Source of the DNA: Octopus bimaculoides
Lineage: Eukaryota
Assembly (NCBI RefSeq): GCF_001194135.2
Contig: NC_068989.1
Location: 70,275,769-70,339,768 of the forward strand
Reading direction: 5' to 3'
DNA length: 64,000 nt
Under the pieces are notes generated by a model. It saw only the letters and a list, made by a program, of their open reading frames with translations. It was not told the origin of the DNA and made no database searches. Shown piece by piece: positions 62,597 through 64,000 of the stretch. Numbering within the stretch: the first letter of the stretch is position 1; the number at the start of each line of letters is the position of its first letter. Made by a program: the position numbers and the translations under genes.

Positions 62597-64000
62597 GTAA
62601 GTTTTACCGTTACAAATTTTCTTTTGGACTATAAATAATAGTTTCAGATTTTAGGGGAGCAGGTTAGTCAATACTATCAACTCCAGTACATGACTGATAC
62701 AATTCCGAAAGGATAAAAGGCAAATTTGAAACCGCAGATTATAAAGAGTCTGGAAAACATAACAAAGCATTTTGCCTGATTCTGTCACCTGACCTTTTTT
62801 TAGATTATAATATTAATTAAGTAAAGGATAAGGGGTAAAGACACCCTTCATTTATGAATGACCATGACATTGCACCTAAAAAGTTACCCTCAGAGGCACA
62901 AGTCCAGGCAAGACCAGCAGTTACCCATGCATACCAGCCACCCCTTTCCACACCACTGATGTTGTCCAAGGGAAAGGCAAGCACTAATACAGTTTGGCAC
63001 TGCTGAGTGAATTGGAGCAACATGAAATAGAGTGTCTTACTCAAGAACAAAACACACTGCCTGGTCCAGGAATCAAATTCACTACTTCATAAATGTAAGC
63101 CTGATGCTCTAACCACTGAGCCATGCACCTACACTAATTAAGTATAGTATTACTAGTTATAGTAATATAACCATTTGTTGTTATTTTGACAGAAGCTGAC
63201 CAAGCAGAAGCCTGCACTATCCTTCTGTGTCTGTTTTGGTAGGGTTTTTACAGCTGGATGCTCTTAACACCAACCACTCCACAGTGTGAGACGAGTGCTT
63301 TTTACATGGCCCCAGCATAGGCGAGGCCAGTTTTGGCTTGGTTTTTACAGCCGGATACCCTTCTAAATGCCAACCACTTTACAGTGTGGACTGGATGCTT
63401 TTTTTAAGTGGCACCTACACTGGCAGGGTCACCAAGTAACTTTGCAAGTCAAGGAATCTTTGAGAGTGGTGAGGGGGATTGGAGGAGGTGATCTATTGTG
63501 TCAGATTATGTAAGGTCAGAGTGTGACACAGAGACAGAAACGTCTTGCTGTAGAGGAGGTCATGGTTATCCAGCCAGAGAGAGAAAGAGAGTGTTAACAA
63601 GAAATAGGCCAGAAACATGAGTGCTGCTGTTCCTCAGTTGGTCTCCATCTTCCACATGTGCCATCCACTTTTTATATATATATACATATAATATTTTGTT
63701 AATTCTCTCCAGACCTTCCGTAACCCACTACTTTTTCAGATTACTCTGTGAAAACAATGTTTATTTACTATTTTGAATTAATCTTCATTATCTTGTAACT
63801 TTGAGATTTCAGTGATGTAACTTTATTCTTAGAATGACATTGTAGAGTAGGTGTGAGAGACTGGATATGGCCAATTTGGACCTAAAACTGAGTGAATATT
63901 TTGACCAGTTTAAGTGCTAAAGGGTTAATTTTCATTGAAGCTTGTGAGGGTAAAAACAGAGTTACTCTGCCAGAAAAGGAAGAATTCAATACAAGAGGAA

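Overview
AT-rich eukaryotic genomic scaffold with 7 N-gaps. The repeat families resemble those I recall from Octopus genomes, so cephalopod origin is an inference. Three housekeeping genes were reconstructed exon by exon with GT-AG sites and consistent phases. (1) PSMA4, proteasome subunit alpha-4 (+, 4885-18341, 8 coding exons; about 38 nt of the last exon falls in a gap). (2) ADCK5-like UbiB/ABC1 atypical kinase (-, 42895-21683, 13 coding exons, about 590 aa), convergent with PSMA4. (3) The first three exons of DIS3/RRP44 (+, from 57558, continuing beyond the window). A possible fourth, unidentified spliced gene lies on the - strand at 872-2313. Introns and intergenic DNA are dense in mobile elements: tRNA-derived SINEs, RTE-like LINE fragments and their 3' UTRs, R4-like restriction-endonuclease LINE fragments, Tc1/mariner relics, piggyBac-type (TTAA) and hAT-type MITEs, and a truncated Ty3/Gypsy element. 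I cannot demonstrate a new biological system here. The best leads are a 129-bp near-perfect hairpin 18 nt from an ADCK5 splice donor, the unannotated 4-exon ORF, hammerhead-like relics, a hairpin-array 3' UTR of an apparently young RTE family, and an alternative ADCK5 C-terminus.
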